DNA from: Cyanophyceae cyanobacterium
Lineage (GTDB): Bacteria; Cyanobacteriota; Cyanobacteriia; Cyanobacteriales; Laspinemataceae
NCBI GenBank assembly: GCA_038321985.1
Contig: JBBQFN010000001.1
Span: 352,001 to 416,000, forward strand
Reading direction: 5' to 3'
DNA length: 64,000 nucleotides
Under the pieces are notes generated by a model. The model searched no databases and was not told where the DNA came from. It saw nothing but the letters and a program-made list of their open reading frames with translations. A program made the position numbers and the translations under genes. Shown piece after piece: positions 30,076-41,761 of this stretch; positions within the stretch are counted from its first letter, which is position 1, and every line of letters begins with the position of its first letter.

Positions 30076-31227
30076 ATGACGTTAAACTCTGTTGATACTA
30101 TTCTGGATCGCGCTTTAGATGGAACCGATATTTCTCCAGCCGAAGCGGCGATTTTGCTTCACCAAACTGAGCCTAAACAAGTAACGACTATTGCCCAGGT
30201 CGCTGACGAAATCCGTCAAAAACAATCGGGCGATACGGTCACTTATGTTATCAATCGCAATATTAATTTTACCAATATTTGCGAGCAACATTGCAGTTTT
30301 TGTGCGTTTCGTCGCGATGCAGATGAAGAGGGAGCTTTTTGGTTAGATTGGGGGAAAATCCTGGAAAAAACCACCGATGCAGTGCAGCGCGGTGCTACGG
30401 AAATTTGTATGCAGGGGGGATTGCACCCCGAGGCCAAAATTGAAGGGAAATCTCTGCCTTATTATCTAAAGCTGGTGGGGACGATTAAAAATGAATTTCC
30501 CCACTTGCACTTACACGCTTTTTCCCCCCAAGAAGTGCAGTTTATTAGCCGACAAGACCAGATTAGTTATGAAGAAACGATCGCCGCGTTGCAAGAGGCG
30601 GGAGTCGGTTCAATGCCGGGAACCGCAGCCGAAGTGTTAGACGATCGCGTGCGAAAAATCATTTGTCCTGAAAAAATTAATAGCGAAACTTGGTTAGAAA
30701 TTGTCAGTACCGCCCATCGCATGGGATTATCCACCACAAGTACAATGCTGTGTGGACAAATTGAAACCCACGAGGAACAAATCGAGCATTTAAACAAACT
30801 GAGATCACTTCAACAAACCGCCTGCGATCGCAACTATCCCGCCCGAATTACCGAATTTATTTTGCTGCCCTTTGTAGGACAACAAGCGCCCGCACCTTTG
30901 CGCCGTCGCGTCGGTCGAGATCAACCGATTCTCGCCGATACTTTGCTGCTGACTGCGGTTTCGCGGATCTTCCTGGGAAACTGGATTCCTAATCATCAAC
31001 CGAGTTGGGTAAAACTTGGATTAGACGGGGCGACAAAAGCCCTAAACTGGGGATGCAACGATATTGGCGGAACCTTAATGGAAGAGCACATTACCACAAT
31101 GGCCGGTGCTAAAGGAGGAAGTTGTATGGAACCCGAAACCTTACAAGCGGCAATTACCGCGATCGCCCGTCCCTACCAACAACGAGATACCCTCTATCAC
31201 CCCATAAGTGCCCCTTCATGCCCTTAA
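30076..31227 (+). CDS. cofH: FO (7,8-didemethyl-8-hydroxy-5-deazariboflavin) synthase subunit CofH, radical SAM
   Basis: [19 protein letters not shown] (CxxxCxxC), [23 protein letters not shown] motifs. Confidence 0.92.
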   Translation: MTLNSVDTILDRALDGTDISPAEAAILLHQTEPKQVTTIAQVADEIRQKQSGDTVTYVINRNINFTNICEQHCSFCAFRRDADEEGAFWLDWGKILEKTTDAVQRGATEICMQGGLHPEAKIEGKSLPYYLKLVGTIKNEFPHLHLHAFSPQEVQFISRQDQISYEETIAALQEAGVGSMPGTAAEVLDDRVRKIICPEKINSETWLEIVSTAHRMGLSTTSTMLCGQIETHEEQIEHLNKLRSLQQTACDRNYPARITEFILLPFVGQQAPAPLRRRVGRDQPILADTLLLTAVSRIFLGNWIPNHQPSWVKLGLDGATKALNWGCNDIGGTLMEEHITTMAGAKGGSCMEPETLQAAITAIARPYQQRDTLYHPISAPSCP

Positions 31228-31550
31228 AAAAAGCGACTGCTCCTCTCCTTAAAATCACTCTTTGAAGTAAAATTTACCTAAGAAGAACCGGAACTGATTT
31301 TCAATCCCCTCCCGTCTAAGGATTCACCCCAGGGATGCCCAATAATCCCTGATATTTCTTTTCAAACTTTTCAAAATAAAGGGGTTTTCATCCCCCTTGA
31401 TTATCCCATCCACCTATTCAGGCACTCCCTAGCTGAAGGGGTCTGCCTCTGGGTGTCTTCCCGCATTTTTCCCGATTGGGGGAGGATACCAGAAAGAAAG
31501 CAGCACTTTAAGTTAAATTGACAATTGCACTCCTGACGCTCGGTAACATC

Positions 31551-33380
31551 ATGTCTGAGACTAAATCTGAGATCAAAGAGACCAAAGAGAACCCAGAAAT
31601 CAAACTGGATAAACAGAAAGTTTCCATCGGTATCGCTGCGATCGCTGCCGTACTGTTAATCGGTGGAGGGATTACGGCATTCTGGGCGATCGTCCAAAAA
31701 CGTCCTTTACCCGAGATTCCAGTCGGTGCCGAACTGATCCCCGAAGATGCCTTGATGACAGTTTCCCTAACCACCGACGGGGGACAGTGGGAAAGAATGC
31801 GGGAATTTGGCACCCCAGAAAGCCAACAGTTGCTCGATAGTTACCTGGTGCAGTGGCGCGATCGCTACCTCAGCGCCAACGGATTCGACTATGAAACCGA
31901 CATTAAACCTTGGGTAGGGTCCGAGGTTACTTTGGGAGTTTTACCCCCATTTCCGGTGAATACCACGGGGGAAAAGGACGAAATGATGCCATCCCCCGCA
32001 GCATTTTCGGGTCAGCAGTCTCTACTAATGGTGTTACCGATCGCCAACCCAAACCGAGCCCAGCAAATTTTAGAAGCAGCACAACCTCCAAAAGGGGGCA
32101 GATGGGTGCCTCGAACTTACAAAAATATAGAAATTAAAGAAACCCAAGGGGTGCCGGATGAAAATAGATTTTCAGTCACTGTCATCAATGGCAACTATTT
32201 AGCGATCGCCAAGGATAGCGAAACCATCAACCGCGCGATCGATACCTTCCTCGGGGCACCTTCCATCGTGGATGCTCCCGGTGCGATCGGCGCATGGCAA
32301 AAAATCGAAACCCCAAGACCCTTTGGCCGTTTTTATGTCAATGTCCCCGTTGCCGCTGCGGTTGCCTCGTTAAACTCCGATCGCGCCGTTCCCGAAGAAA
32401 TTGCCCAGCAACAACAAAACCAAGGATTCGCTACCAGTATCACCCTTGAACCGGAAGGAATTGGCTTTGATAGTGTGGCATGGCTTAAACCGAATAGTGA
32501 ACGGAAATATGCCGTCGAAAATAATGCCAAAACCATGACAACTCGCCTTCCTGCGGACACCTTGATGATGATGTCTGGCGGAAATTTACAGCGAGTCTGG
32601 CAGGATTACAGTCAAGGCGTAGCCACCAATCCCCTGGCACCGATTAATCCCCAGTGGTTGAAAACAGCGATTAAAAATACCACCACCCTTGATTTAGAAG
32701 AAGATTTACTCCCCTGGATGCAAGGGGAATTTTCCTTAGCGTTACTCCCACCGGGAGAAAACAATACCTCATTGTTTCCAGTTGGGGTGGTACTAATGGT
32801 GCAAGCGAGCGATCGCCGTGCCGGTGAAGCCACCTTATCCAATCTTGATCGCATCATGAGCGAACAATATAACTTTACGGTTGAACCGGCTCAAATTGGT
32901 GAACAACCCATCGTCAAATGGACCTCCCAAGAGGGTTCCTTGAGTGTGAATCACGGCTGGTTAGATGGCAATGTGGCATTTATCAGCGTATTGGCACCCG
33001 TCGCCGAGGCGATCGCCCCTAAACCCCAAACTCCCCTGGCAATGAGTCAGCAATTCCAAAGCGTTGTCCCGTTAGAACTGACTCCCAATAACGGCCATTT
33101 TTTCATAGATCTCGAACGCAGTCTCAGTACCAATACTCCCGCGTGGTTGCAACTTCCGACCCAACAAAAAATCGTCATTAATGCCATGCGCGCGATCGGG
33201 GTCACCGCTGCGATCGAAAACCAGCGTACCACACGTTATCAAGTCTTCGTGGGGATGAAAAAAGCCGGTAAACCCCAACCCCTCCCCAATTCCACCCTTC
33301 CCGGAGCCCAACCGGCTACCCCATCCCCCGAGTCTCAAGTACAACCCACTCCCCCGGCAGCTACCCCCAACACCCCCTAG
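31551..33380 (+). CDS. DUF3352-like membrane-anchored protein
   Basis: N-terminal TM helix; DI.PWVG.EVT and DLL.WM.GEF.LAL repeats; Pro-rich tail. Confidence 0.75.
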   Translation: MSETKSEIKETKENPEIKLDKQKVSIGIAAIAAVLLIGGGITAFWAIVQKRPLPEIPVGAELIPEDALMTVSLTTDGGQWERMREFGTPESQQLLDSYLVQWRDRYLSANGFDYETDIKPWVGSEVTLGVLPPFPVNTTGEKDEMMPSPAAFSGQQSLLMVLPIANPNRAQQILEAAQPPKGGRWVPRTYKNIEIKETQGVPDENRFSVTVINGNYLAIAKDSETINRAIDTFLGAPSIVDAPGAIGAWQKIETPRPFGRFYVNVPVAAAVASLNSDRAVPEEIAQQQQNQGFATSITLEPEGIGFDSVAWLKPNSERKYAVENNAKTMTTRLPADTLMMMSGGNLQRVWQDYSQGVATNPLAPINPQWLKTAIKNTTTLDLEEDLLPWMQGEFSLALLPPGENNTSLFPVGVVLMVQASDRRAGEATLSNLDRIMSEQYNFTVEPAQIGEQPIVKWTSQEGSLSVNHGWLDGNVAFISVLAPVAEAIAPKPQTPLAMSQQFQSVVPLELTPNNGHFFIDLERSLSTNTPAWLQLPTQQKIVINAMRAIGVTAAIENQRTTRYQVFVGMKKAGKPQPLPNSTLPGAQPATPSPESQVQPTPPAATPNTP

Positions 33381-33673
33381 TAAAGGATAGGTAATTTCAG
33401 GCAAAAGTATCCGCTGGCAACGGATTTGGCTTTTGTCAGTGTGGTGAACAAAGGGCGAGGTTGGGCTTAAATCAACACAGACCCCACCCAACCCTCCCGT
33501 CTGTCTTGAGGAGGGTTGAGTGGGGTCTCCTTGTCGTTGTATCCAACACCACCCCAAAAAATCCCTAAAGGCGATCGCCTCTTAAAACCGATGCCGAATT
33601 CAAAGGTTTTAGCAGCCCCAAGAATGGTTAGGATGGAAATAACTAGAACGTCTCAATGTAAACCGATGGGAGA

Positions 33674-34747
33674 ATGCTTGTGGATCTTAGTAGCCTTCAG
33701 AATTGGCTAGACAATACATCCTTCTGTGTCCTATTCATCACGATGTTGTTGTATTGGATAGGTGCAGCATTTCCAGGAATTCCCGCTTTGTGGCCCTTGG
33801 GGACCAGTGGCATGGCGATCGCCAATCTCTGCATCGCCACCTTACTTGCCGCACGTTGGATCGAAGCCGGGTATTTTCCCTTAAGCAATTTATATGAATC
33901 CCTCTTTTTCCTCGTGTGGGGGATTACCACCATTCATCTAATCGCGGAAAATATGAGCCGCAGTCGGTTAGTGGGGGTTGCCACTTCCCCAGTAGCAATG
34001 GCGATTACAGCATTTGCCGCCCTCACATTACCCGGGGAAATGCAGCAATCGGCACCCCTCGTCCCTGCCTTGAAATCCAACTGGTTGATGATGCACGTCA
34101 GCGTCATGATGCTCAGTTATGCAACCCTGATGGTGGGTTCCCTCCTGGCGATCGCCTTCCTAGTCGTAACACGGGGTCAAAATATTGAACTACGCGGCAG
34201 TTCGATTGGGAATGGGTCCTATCGCAGCGATCGCTACCGCCTCCATCGTGCAGGGACCCCCATTCCTGCCGTCGAAGGTCCTGGCGTCACCCCTGAACTT
34301 GGTACTGGATTCTCAGGTGAGAACAACGGCAAGGGTCTTGCGGGAAACATAGCCGTTCTTGACGTGGTGCAAACCCAAACCCCACCGGCTACGGAAACCC
34401 TTGCTGTACCCCTGTCTCCCCAACGCCTCAGCCTCGCCGACACCCTGGATAACATCAGCTATCGGATTATCGGATTAGGGTTTCCCCTCCTCACCATTGG
34501 CATCATTGCCGGTGGAGTTTGGGCGAATGAAGCCTGGGGTTCCTACTGGAGTTGGGACCCTAAAGAAACCTGGGCTTTAATCACCTGGTTAGTCTTTGCC
34601 GCCTACCTCCATTCCCGCATTACCCGAGGTTGGCAAGGACGAAAACCAGCAATTTTGGCCGCTGCTGGATTTGTCGTTGTCTGGATCTGTTATCTTGGGG
34701 TCAATCTTTTGGGTAAAGGGCTGCATTCCTACGGTTGGTTTTTCTAA
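33674..34747 (+). CDS. ccsB: Cytochrome c biogenesis protein CcsB/CcsA
   Basis: [24 protein letters not shown] and [19 protein letters not shown] (WWD motif). Confidence 0.96.
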   Translation: MLVDLSSLQNWLDNTSFCVLFITMLLYWIGAAFPGIPALWPLGTSGMAIANLCIATLLAARWIEAGYFPLSNLYESLFFLVWGITTIHLIAENMSRSRLVGVATSPVAMAITAFAALTLPGEMQQSAPLVPALKSNWLMMHVSVMMLSYATLMVGSLLAIAFLVVTRGQNIELRGSSIGNGSYRSDRYRLHRAGTPIPAVEGPGVTPELGTGFSGENNGKGLAGNIAVLDVVQTQTPPATETLAVPLSPQRLSLADTLDNISYRIIGLGFPLLTIGIIAGGVWANEAWGSYWSWDPKETWALITWLVFAAYLHSRITRGWQGRKPAILAAAGFVVVWICYLGVNLLGKGLHSYGWFF

Positions 34748-34881
34748 ACCGTCACCAAGAAGCAGTCATGGAGTCCTCTGAGGAATCGTTCTCATGGGCG
34801 ATCGCCTTTACGCGAGAACTGGATATCAACCCCATGACTGCTGCTCTGGAAACTGTCAAATTATAGAACGCGGAGATAGAA

Positions 34882-35172
34882 ATGGATCAGCGATTTGAGA
34901 CGCTCGGAAATGAAGACGTCCTGTCTACCAGTGGCAGCAATCTGATGTTTCAATGCACCTTCAAAGTCAGTGAATTGATGGATCTGCTGCAAACGAAATT
35001 AGAAGAAGAAAGTTTATTTACCGAGGGCTTAGAATGTGAAGTTTTAAGCCCCGGTAAATACTGGCGAAGCGGAAAAGTTCAACTGCGTCTTGAATTTTGC
35101 CCCGAAGACAGTAACAGTGTTCAAAATCATCTCAGCGGATTCCCCGAACCTTCGACCATTAAGCATGAATAA
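34882..35172 (+). CDS. KGK-domain protein
   Basis: F.EGLECEVL.PG..WRSGKVQLRLEFCPE signature. Confidence 0.85.
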   Translation: MDQRFETLGNEDVLSTSGSNLMFQCTFKVSELMDLLQTKLEEESLFTEGLECEVLSPGKYWRSGKVQLRLEFCPEDSNSVQNHLSGFPEPSTIKHE

Positions 35173-35284
35173 CTCACCCCTATTTTTCCATCTGTTTTGA
35201 TTGGGAAAATATACAGGGATTGGCTAGGGGAAACAGCACTTTTTGCTAAATTTTCTCCTCCAATCCTAACTCAGTGATAGAATC

Positions 35285-35323
35285 AATAGGGTGCGTTATT
35301 ACATTATTTTAACGCACCCTATT
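35285..35323. repeat. Inverted repeat (REP-like or terminator) between the KGK genes
   Basis: AATAGGGTGCGTTA-N11-TAACGCACCCTATT, perfect 14-bp arms. Confidence 0.65.
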
Positions 35324-35389
35324 TTATGGAAAATTCCATCGACCTTACCTCAGTATTTTGTGTAGACTCATACAAGGAGAAATAAAACC

Positions 35390-35686
35390 GTGGATGAAAG
35401 CTGGATAATGTTAAATTCAGAAGAGGATATAATTTCTCAACAATTCAATTCCGAAAATCTAATTGAGAATTGGCCCTTGAATTTTACGGGGATTGAAATA
35501 CTTGATCACGTGCGAGAGCAGCTGAGTGAGGACGAGCAAGTTTTTCTCGATGGGTTTGAGTGTAGAGTCCTCCAACCGGGGAAAAAATGGCAGACTGGCA
35601 AAATTAGAATTAATGTCGAATTTTGCCCGGATAACCCCAGCGAACCAGATTCACCCCTGGATGAAATTCGGAAAATGGACCGTTAA
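35390..35686 (+). CDS. KGK-domain protein (second paralogue)
   Basis: DGFECRVLQPGKKWQTGKIRINVEFCPD...SPLDEIR; AAGGAG RBS, GTG start. Confidence 0.85.
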   Translation: MDESWIMLNSEEDIISQQFNSENLIENWPLNFTGIEILDHVREQLSEDEQVFLDGFECRVLQPGKKWQTGKIRINVEFCPDNPSEPDSPLDEIRKMDR

Positions 35687-35712
35687 GATAAATAACCGAT
35701 GCTCAATCACCC

Positions 35713-36729
35713 ATGACTCAATGGACCCCTCTCCATGTCAAACTCCATCGAACTTTGCGACAACGGAGGTTATTGTCACCGGGCGATCGCATTTTAATCG
35801 CCGTCTCCGGTGGACAAGACTCCCTCTGTTTAGCCCAATTACTGTTAGATTTGCAGCCTAAATGGAATTGGCATCTGGCGATCGCCCACTGTGATCATCG
35901 CTGGCGCGCTGATTCTATTCCCAATGCTGAATATGTGGAAACTCTCACAAAGCAGTGGCAGTTACCCTTTTTCCTCAAAACTGCTAGTGGTGAAATCCCG
36001 CACACAGAAGCCGGTGCGCGAGAATGGCGCTATCATGCCTTAAGTGCGATCGCTCAAGCGGAAGGCTATACCACCCTCGTCACGGGTCACACCCAGAGCG
36101 ATCGGGCTGAAACCCTCCTCTTTAACTTGATGCGTGGCACAGGTGCCGATGGTTTACAAGCGCTTTCCTGGGACCGACCCCTCACCCCCACCCTTCGCCT
36201 TGTACGTCCCCTTTTGGAAGTTAGCCGCCCAGAAACCGGCAGATTTTGTCACCACCGCGAGATTACAATTTGGGAAGACTCCACCAACCTCGATATCACC
36301 TATTCCCGCAACCGCATCCGCCAAGAGTTGCTGCCTTACCTCACCGAACACTTTAACCCCACCGTAGAGCGTCATCTGGCTCAAACTGCCGAACTCCTGC
36401 GCGCAGATGTGGAGTACCTGGAAACCCAAGCGAGTGAACTTCTGGAACAGGCTATTTCACAAAGTGAGCCAAATGTCAAGGGTAAATCTGAATTAATTAT
36501 ACTCAGAATCAATCGGCGAATTTTAGGGACTGCACCCCAAGCACTCCAGCGCCGTGCCCTGCGGCAACTGTTGCACCGACAGCTACCGAAAGCGCCAAAC
36601 TACGAGCAAGTCGAGAAAATGACAGCCTTGATCCAGGCACCGAACCAAACGCAAACCGATCCATTTCCGGGAGGAGCGATCGCCCGGGTCGAAGAAGATT
36701 GGATCATCCTCACCACCGATGGGAGGTGA
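35713..36729 (+). CDS. tilS: tRNA(Ile)-lysidine synthase
   Basis: AVSGGQDS PP-loop, HCDHRWR, TGHTQSDRAET, RNRIR motifs. Confidence 0.96.
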   Translation: MTQWTPLHVKLHRTLRQRRLLSPGDRILIAVSGGQDSLCLAQLLLDLQPKWNWHLAIAHCDHRWRADSIPNAEYVETLTKQWQLPFFLKTASGEIPHTEAGAREWRYHALSAIAQAEGYTTLVTGHTQSDRAETLLFNLMRGTGADGLQALSWDRPLTPTLRLVRPLLEVSRPETGRFCHHREITIWEDSTNLDITYSRNRIRQELLPYLTEHFNPTVERHLAQTAELLRADVEYLETQASELLEQAISQSEPNVKGKSELIILRINRRILGTAPQALQRRALRQLLHRQLPKAPNYEQVEKMTALIQAPNQTQTDPFPGGAIARVEEDWIILTTDGR

Positions 36730-36763
36730 AGCGATTTCTTGAATCACCCCCATCTTTCCGATG

Positions 36764-38512
36764 CTACGAGGCCGCTAACTCAGCCGACTGGGGATTAATC
36801 AACCCCATCAGTAAGTCCCGCATTTGGGCCACTGCCTGCTGTTGATGAGCTTCCGTCTCCTGCACTTGAGTCAACAACGAGCGGACTTCTTCCAGCTTAG
36901 ACTTAAGTTCATTCAGCTTATCTTGCAGCGGCTGCAACATCTCCTCATAGCCACTAACTCGGCCCATCAATTGAGCCGCGCTAGAGCGCATCTGAGCCAA
37001 CTGCGCCTCCAATTGCTCCACTGCCTGCCTGGAACCATCCATTTGAGTAGCGCGATCGCTCACTTGCGCCTGAATCTGATCGAAAGACTGTCGAGTTTGC
37101 TCCATCTCCTGTTGAATCTGAGCCAATTGCTCAGCCAACTTTTGTTTCTGTTCGTCAATTTGTGCCAAAACCGGATCCAAAGGTTGCGCTTGCTTCACCG
37201 GCGTTACATTACCATGCCCTTCACGGCGAGCCAAAACCGCTTGGTGTTGGGCCAACGTTTCTTGACGTTCCCGCAGATTTCTACGCTGACCTACCAAAGT
37301 TTGGTCTAACATTTGATAAGCCTCCTGCTCATCTGTTAGATTTCGCTGAATATTCCAGCGATCGGAGTCACTTGCCTGAGCCAACTGCTGCTCTAACCCC
37401 TGAATCATCTCTCGCTGTAACTTCAACTCCTCTTCTTGACCGTTAACAAATTGAAAGATTTTGTCCAAATCTTGCTGGAGATTTTGTGCCAATCCTTGTA
37501 GCTCTTCAATCGGCATTCTTTCCAGGGCTTCAAAATCTACCTTTTGAACCACCGCGACTTGCTCGAATGCCTCCGAAAGTTGAACCAATTGCTCCCGTAA
37601 CTGCTCTTGATTTTTCACCTGAGCATCCAGAGTATTGGCATAGTTTTGCTGAATCGAGAGAGTCTTCTCTAGGATTTTTAACTGAGCTTGAGTTTCAGCC
37701 AAATCTCCCTGCTTTTGTTCCCACTCTTGACGCAAATTCCCTAATTCTTGTTGTTTAGTTTCGGCCTCTTGTTGTTCTAAATTCGCTTGGGAACGCTGTT
37801 GTTCCAGACGCTGCCAGTGTTCATCTAACACCGCCTGCTGAGACGAAATCTGTTCGAGTACAACCGCAATCTGTTCTCCTACCGAAGCTGTCGGAGGCGT
37901 AGTTTGGGTCAAATAATCGAGCAATTCTTGAATATGATTGGTCAGTCCCTCGTCCAACTGAACCGACTGTTGGGATTGAGACAATTGCTGCTCCATACTC
38001 TGCTTTTCAGCCTGGAGTTTTTCGAGAGCCGCGTCTAGTTCCTGTTGCTTACCTTTAAGTTCATCGCGGATACGTTGTGCCTCTTCCGAGGACCCTTCAA
38101 TTTCCTGACGTTGAGACTCCAGTTGCGTGATTTCTTCTTCCCGAACTTGCAGTTCCATTTCGCGGCGCTGGAGTTCCTGACTTTGATAAGTCAGGGACTG
38201 CATCCACTGCTCAATTTCTTCTTCCTTGGTTTTAATTTTGTCTTGGCCTCGGGAGAATCCCTGCAAGATACTAACTAAACGATTAGCCGCTTCTTCAATA
38301 CTGCCTTTGATTTGTTTATTAGGACTCAGATCGACGAGTACCAGAGTCCCCGCATTCAAATTATTGGCCTCATCCGCTGGGATCACTTCCGTTCCGGATA
38401 CTGCCGCCCAACTTTGCTCTCCTCGCTGACAGGCCAGCAATTTGAGTTCAGCCTTACCGCTACCCAGGCCAAAGCCGCTTTTCTGTTTTTGTACTTCTGC
38501 TAGATAAAGCAC
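36764..38512 (-). CDS. hmpF: Pilus motility/taxis coiled-coil protein HmpF
   Basis: N-terminus MLYLAEVQKQK.G....K.ELKLLACQR; long Q/E coiled coil; divergent from the hmpA-E cluster. Confidence 0.9.
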   Translation of the reverse strand: MLYLAEVQKQKSGFGLGSGKAELKLLACQRGEQSWAAVSGTEVIPADEANNLNAGTLVLVDLSPNKQIKGSIEEAANRLVSILQGFSRGQDKIKTKEEEIEQWMQSLTYQSQELQRREMELQVREEEITQLESQRQEIEGSSEEAQRIRDELKGKQQELDAALEKLQAEKQSMEQQLSQSQQSVQLDEGLTNHIQELLDYLTQTTPPTASVGEQIAVVLEQISSQQAVLDEHWQRLEQQRSQANLEQQEAETKQQELGNLRQEWEQKQGDLAETQAQLKILEKTLSIQQNYANTLDAQVKNQEQLREQLVQLSEAFEQVAVVQKVDFEALERMPIEELQGLAQNLQQDLDKIFQFVNGQEEELKLQREMIQGLEQQLAQASDSDRWNIQRNLTDEQEAYQMLDQTLVGQRRNLRERQETLAQHQAVLARREGHGNVTPVKQAQPLDPVLAQIDEQKQKLAEQLAQIQQEMEQTRQSFDQIQAQVSDRATQMDGSRQAVEQLEAQLAQMRSSAAQLMGRVSGYEEMLQPLQDKLNELKSKLEEVRSLLTQVQETEAHQQQAVAQMRDLLMGLINPQSAELAAS

Positions 38513-40069
38513 GCCGATCTTCCTCTTCCGTTTCTATGCCGAATTCTGAGCTAAACCGATACTTTGATACGTTTTTGGTAACCGAAGTTAACCCCTAAGT
38601 AAGTTGAAGACTAGCCTCACTCCCCCGTATCAATTCCAGAAATAATTAGGTTGTTTTTGCTGATACTAGCAAGGGTTAACCATTATGAAACTATTTTTAG
38701 GGAACCTTTTTTAGGTTAAATAGTCTTAAAAAATCAGGAAATTTTCCTGTTTTTCAAGAGCCAACTTTGGGAATAATCCGGTTGGGCATTTATCTGCTAG
38801 ACTGCTTTATTCATTTTAATGAAGCTGTGCCTCCTTTTTTAACTCATTTTGGGGTGAACTAACATCCTTAATTGTAAAATTTTTAATGGGAAAAGGGAGT
38901 AATTTAATCCGCTTTCCCCTGGGATTTAAAATAATTGGGGCTATTGATGAACTACTTAAAGGGTAGCGTACATTAGCATTTGTTAGCAAATGCTAAATGA
39001 TTAATTAACCCCAACGATGATTTGAGTTTAAAGGGTAGCCCAGGTTTTTGACCTCCGGTGAGTGGTGGAAATTGCCCGAGTGGGTTATGGCTCCTCCAAA
39101 AAGAGCGATCGCAGTAGGGACTCAGATTAGACCGAGCTAACTTCCCTGCTAATTTTATTTCGGTTTTGGCACAGAGTCCAACCGAGCGTTAGATAAAATT
39201 GCCCTGACTTTTCCGGCGATCGCCCCTGGGGGGTCTGCTGGGGCTGGACGATTCAGGGCAGCAGACCCCCAAGGGCGATCGGTGAGCCCACAAAAAGAAC
39301 CAATTTACAGAGCGTAGACCCTAGGCAAACCCTGAGTAAAATTGATTCAGGCGATCGCGCCATCAACTCGCCAGAGGTTGACCTATAATCAGAACGAGCA
39401 CTGTAGATCACTCGCTGCCGAGACCAGGCCGGGTCCGTTGCGTCTCTATCTGCTTTTCTATCAGCTTTTAGGCATTGAGCAGCGGCTGGGATCGTGGCGG
39501 CAAAAAAACCCCAAAGGACTTTCTGGCTTACCCTTAACCCAGGGCTGGCAACGGGAAAAAGTCTAAGTTGGAATAGAAGGCTGGCAGCTACGAGTCAGAC
39601 CCCATACGGGCGTATCATACCCTATCAGGGAAGCGATCGCATGGAAGTCAGACTAGGTTGAGTGGTGAACACAGAGACCTCCAATCGGCCCCTTGACCGG
39701 GATACCCCAAAATTTTGTTCTTATTGTATCAGGCCCAGGACCGTTTCAAGCCAGTTTTTGCACCACCCCCAACCCGGGGAGTCGCAACAACTGAAAGTTT
39801 AGGGGTTGGAGTCAGGCACCACAGGCGGTCAGGGGGAAGAAATCGCTCCTCAAACGATCACTCAAAAGAGTTTCAATACCCGGGAAGAAGACAGTACAGT
39901 TAAAGGACAGACTAGGCAATCTGAATGGGTTTGCAGTCAAATGATTGAGATAAAACCCCTTCACCAGCCTGGGGCTGCGAGGGTGATAACTCAAAGGTGT
40001 ATTCCCTACCCCTGCGGGCCTTACAGCACGGTCGGGTTCAAACGGTTTTAAGGAGAAAGTTTTAGTGGC

Positions 40070-41347
40070 ATGCAGGGAAATTTGAATGAAATCGATATTC
40101 GTAGCATTCTGCAACTTATTGAACTGGGACAGCGGACAGGAGAACTGTTTGTAGAAGCATACGGGATTAACTCCGGCAGTACCTGTGGCGGACGCGAGAG
40201 CGTGCGTGACTCCCTCGTGTACCGCTATCCTTACCGAGATAAGCGATCGCGTTCCTGCGATCAATCCTGGTTTGTGTTCTTCTCCAATGGACAAATCATC
40301 TATGCCGCCAATACAGATACCAGCTTATCCCGGCTCCGGGACTTCCTGCGGCGTTATAACGTAGAAGCAGCCATAGATAGCATTACCAATCTCTCCATCT
40401 CCGCAACCAATGCATTAGAGTACGGCTATTTGTGGGCTTTACTCGAAAACCACATCCTCACCCCAGCCCAAGGCCGTAGCATCATTCAGGGCATGGTCCG
40501 CGAAACCCTCTTCGATCTCCTCAGCCTCCATCAAGGCTCCTTTATTTTTGAAATGGGTCCCGCACTCGCGCCACAACTGACCACCCTAGAGATTCCGCCC
40601 CTTGTGACCAAAATCATCAAGCAGGTTCAAGAGTGGAAACAGTTCCATCCCCACATCCAATCCCCAAATCAATGCCCCGTAATCTCGGATGCGGCCCAGA
40701 TGCGCGAAGCCCTTCCAGAAAATACCTTTAATAACCTCAATCGCTGGGCGGATGGGACAACCAACCTCCGCCAAATGTCACGGTATTTAAACCGGGATAT
40801 CTTAACCGTCGCCCGTGCCATTTATCCCTTCGTTCAGCTGGGATTGGTTCAACTTTTTTATCCGAACTCATCCCCCAATGGCAACGGTTTGGGAGAATGC
40901 GACTTAAATCAGGGATTTAAAAGTCCCAGAGTGGTCTGTATTGAAGATGACATGACCGTGGGTAAAACTGTAGAAGCAATCCTGGACCACTACGGGTATG
41001 AAGTCACCGCTTTGATGAATCCCCTCAAAGCCCTGAGTTTAGTTTTCCAGCTCAAACCGGACCTGATTCTGTGCGACATTACCATGCCAGAACTGGATGG
41101 GTATGAAATTTGCGCCATGCTCCGTCATAGTAGTGTTTTTCGCCAGACTCCCATCGTGATGCTCACCGGCAAGGATGGCTTTATCGATCGCGTCAAAGCT
41201 AGGATGGTAGGAGCCACCGACTATCTCACCAAACCCTTTGGCGAGAGCGAACTCTTAACCATCGTTGAAAAATATATCGGTCCTGGGGACCCCGATGTTC
41301 CTGAACCAGACCGGGTACTAGCGGAGGCCCTAGAAGCCGAACTTTAG
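40070..41347 (+). CDS. hmpA: PatA-type response regulator (PATAN + receiver), HmpA/PilG orthologue
   Basis: MQGNLNEIDIRSILQLIELGQRTGEL N-terminus; C-terminal receiver DITMPELDG...KPF; first gene of the che-like cluster. Confidence 0.85.
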   Translation: MQGNLNEIDIRSILQLIELGQRTGELFVEAYGINSGSTCGGRESVRDSLVYRYPYRDKRSRSCDQSWFVFFSNGQIIYAANTDTSLSRLRDFLRRYNVEAAIDSITNLSISATNALEYGYLWALLENHILTPAQGRSIIQGMVRETLFDLLSLHQGSFIFEMGPALAPQLTTLEIPPLVTKIIKQVQEWKQFHPHIQSPNQCPVISDAAQMREALPENTFNNLNRWADGTTNLRQMSRYLNRDILTVARAIYPFVQLGLVQLFYPNSSPNGNGLGECDLNQGFKSPRVVCIEDDMTVGKTVEAILDHYGYEVTALMNPLKALSLVFQLKPDLILCDITMPELDGYEICAMLRHSSVFRQTPIVMLTGKDGFIDRVKARMVGATDYLTKPFGESELLTIVEKYIGPGDPDVPEPDRVLAEALEAEL

Positions 41348-41761
41348 GATGCAGCCTTGGGATCAACCCTGATCAGAGGCGATCGCCGCCTTTGTCAAGC
41401 GCTACAAAAAAACCGACCCACTCGGTTAGTATGATCTCAACTCCTGACGCCTCCTTTGCGATCGCACCGGGGCAAATTGGCTATTGATAATAAACCCCTT
41501 GGGGGCTACCCAAATTGACCGCATCAGAGGATGGCGGGTGAAAGCCGTGATTTTCATGATGGCTTTGGTGTCAATATAATAGGATTTATTTCTAATTTTC
41601 CTGGAAAACTACCTGTCACCCACTGTGTTGAAGACGCTTGCACCTTTAAACCCATCCCTCAAATGTCTCCAGTTGCCTAACCTGGATGCAGCGGGGCCTC
41701 AGACAACAAGCCCGATCGGTCCTGTTAATCCGTTAAAAGAGCTTTTCACCGAAGGGAAGTT

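Noticed and set aside
39342..40294. Several short ORFs between hmpF and hmpA
   Set aside because: Non-ATG starts and no motifs; probably regulatory DNA.
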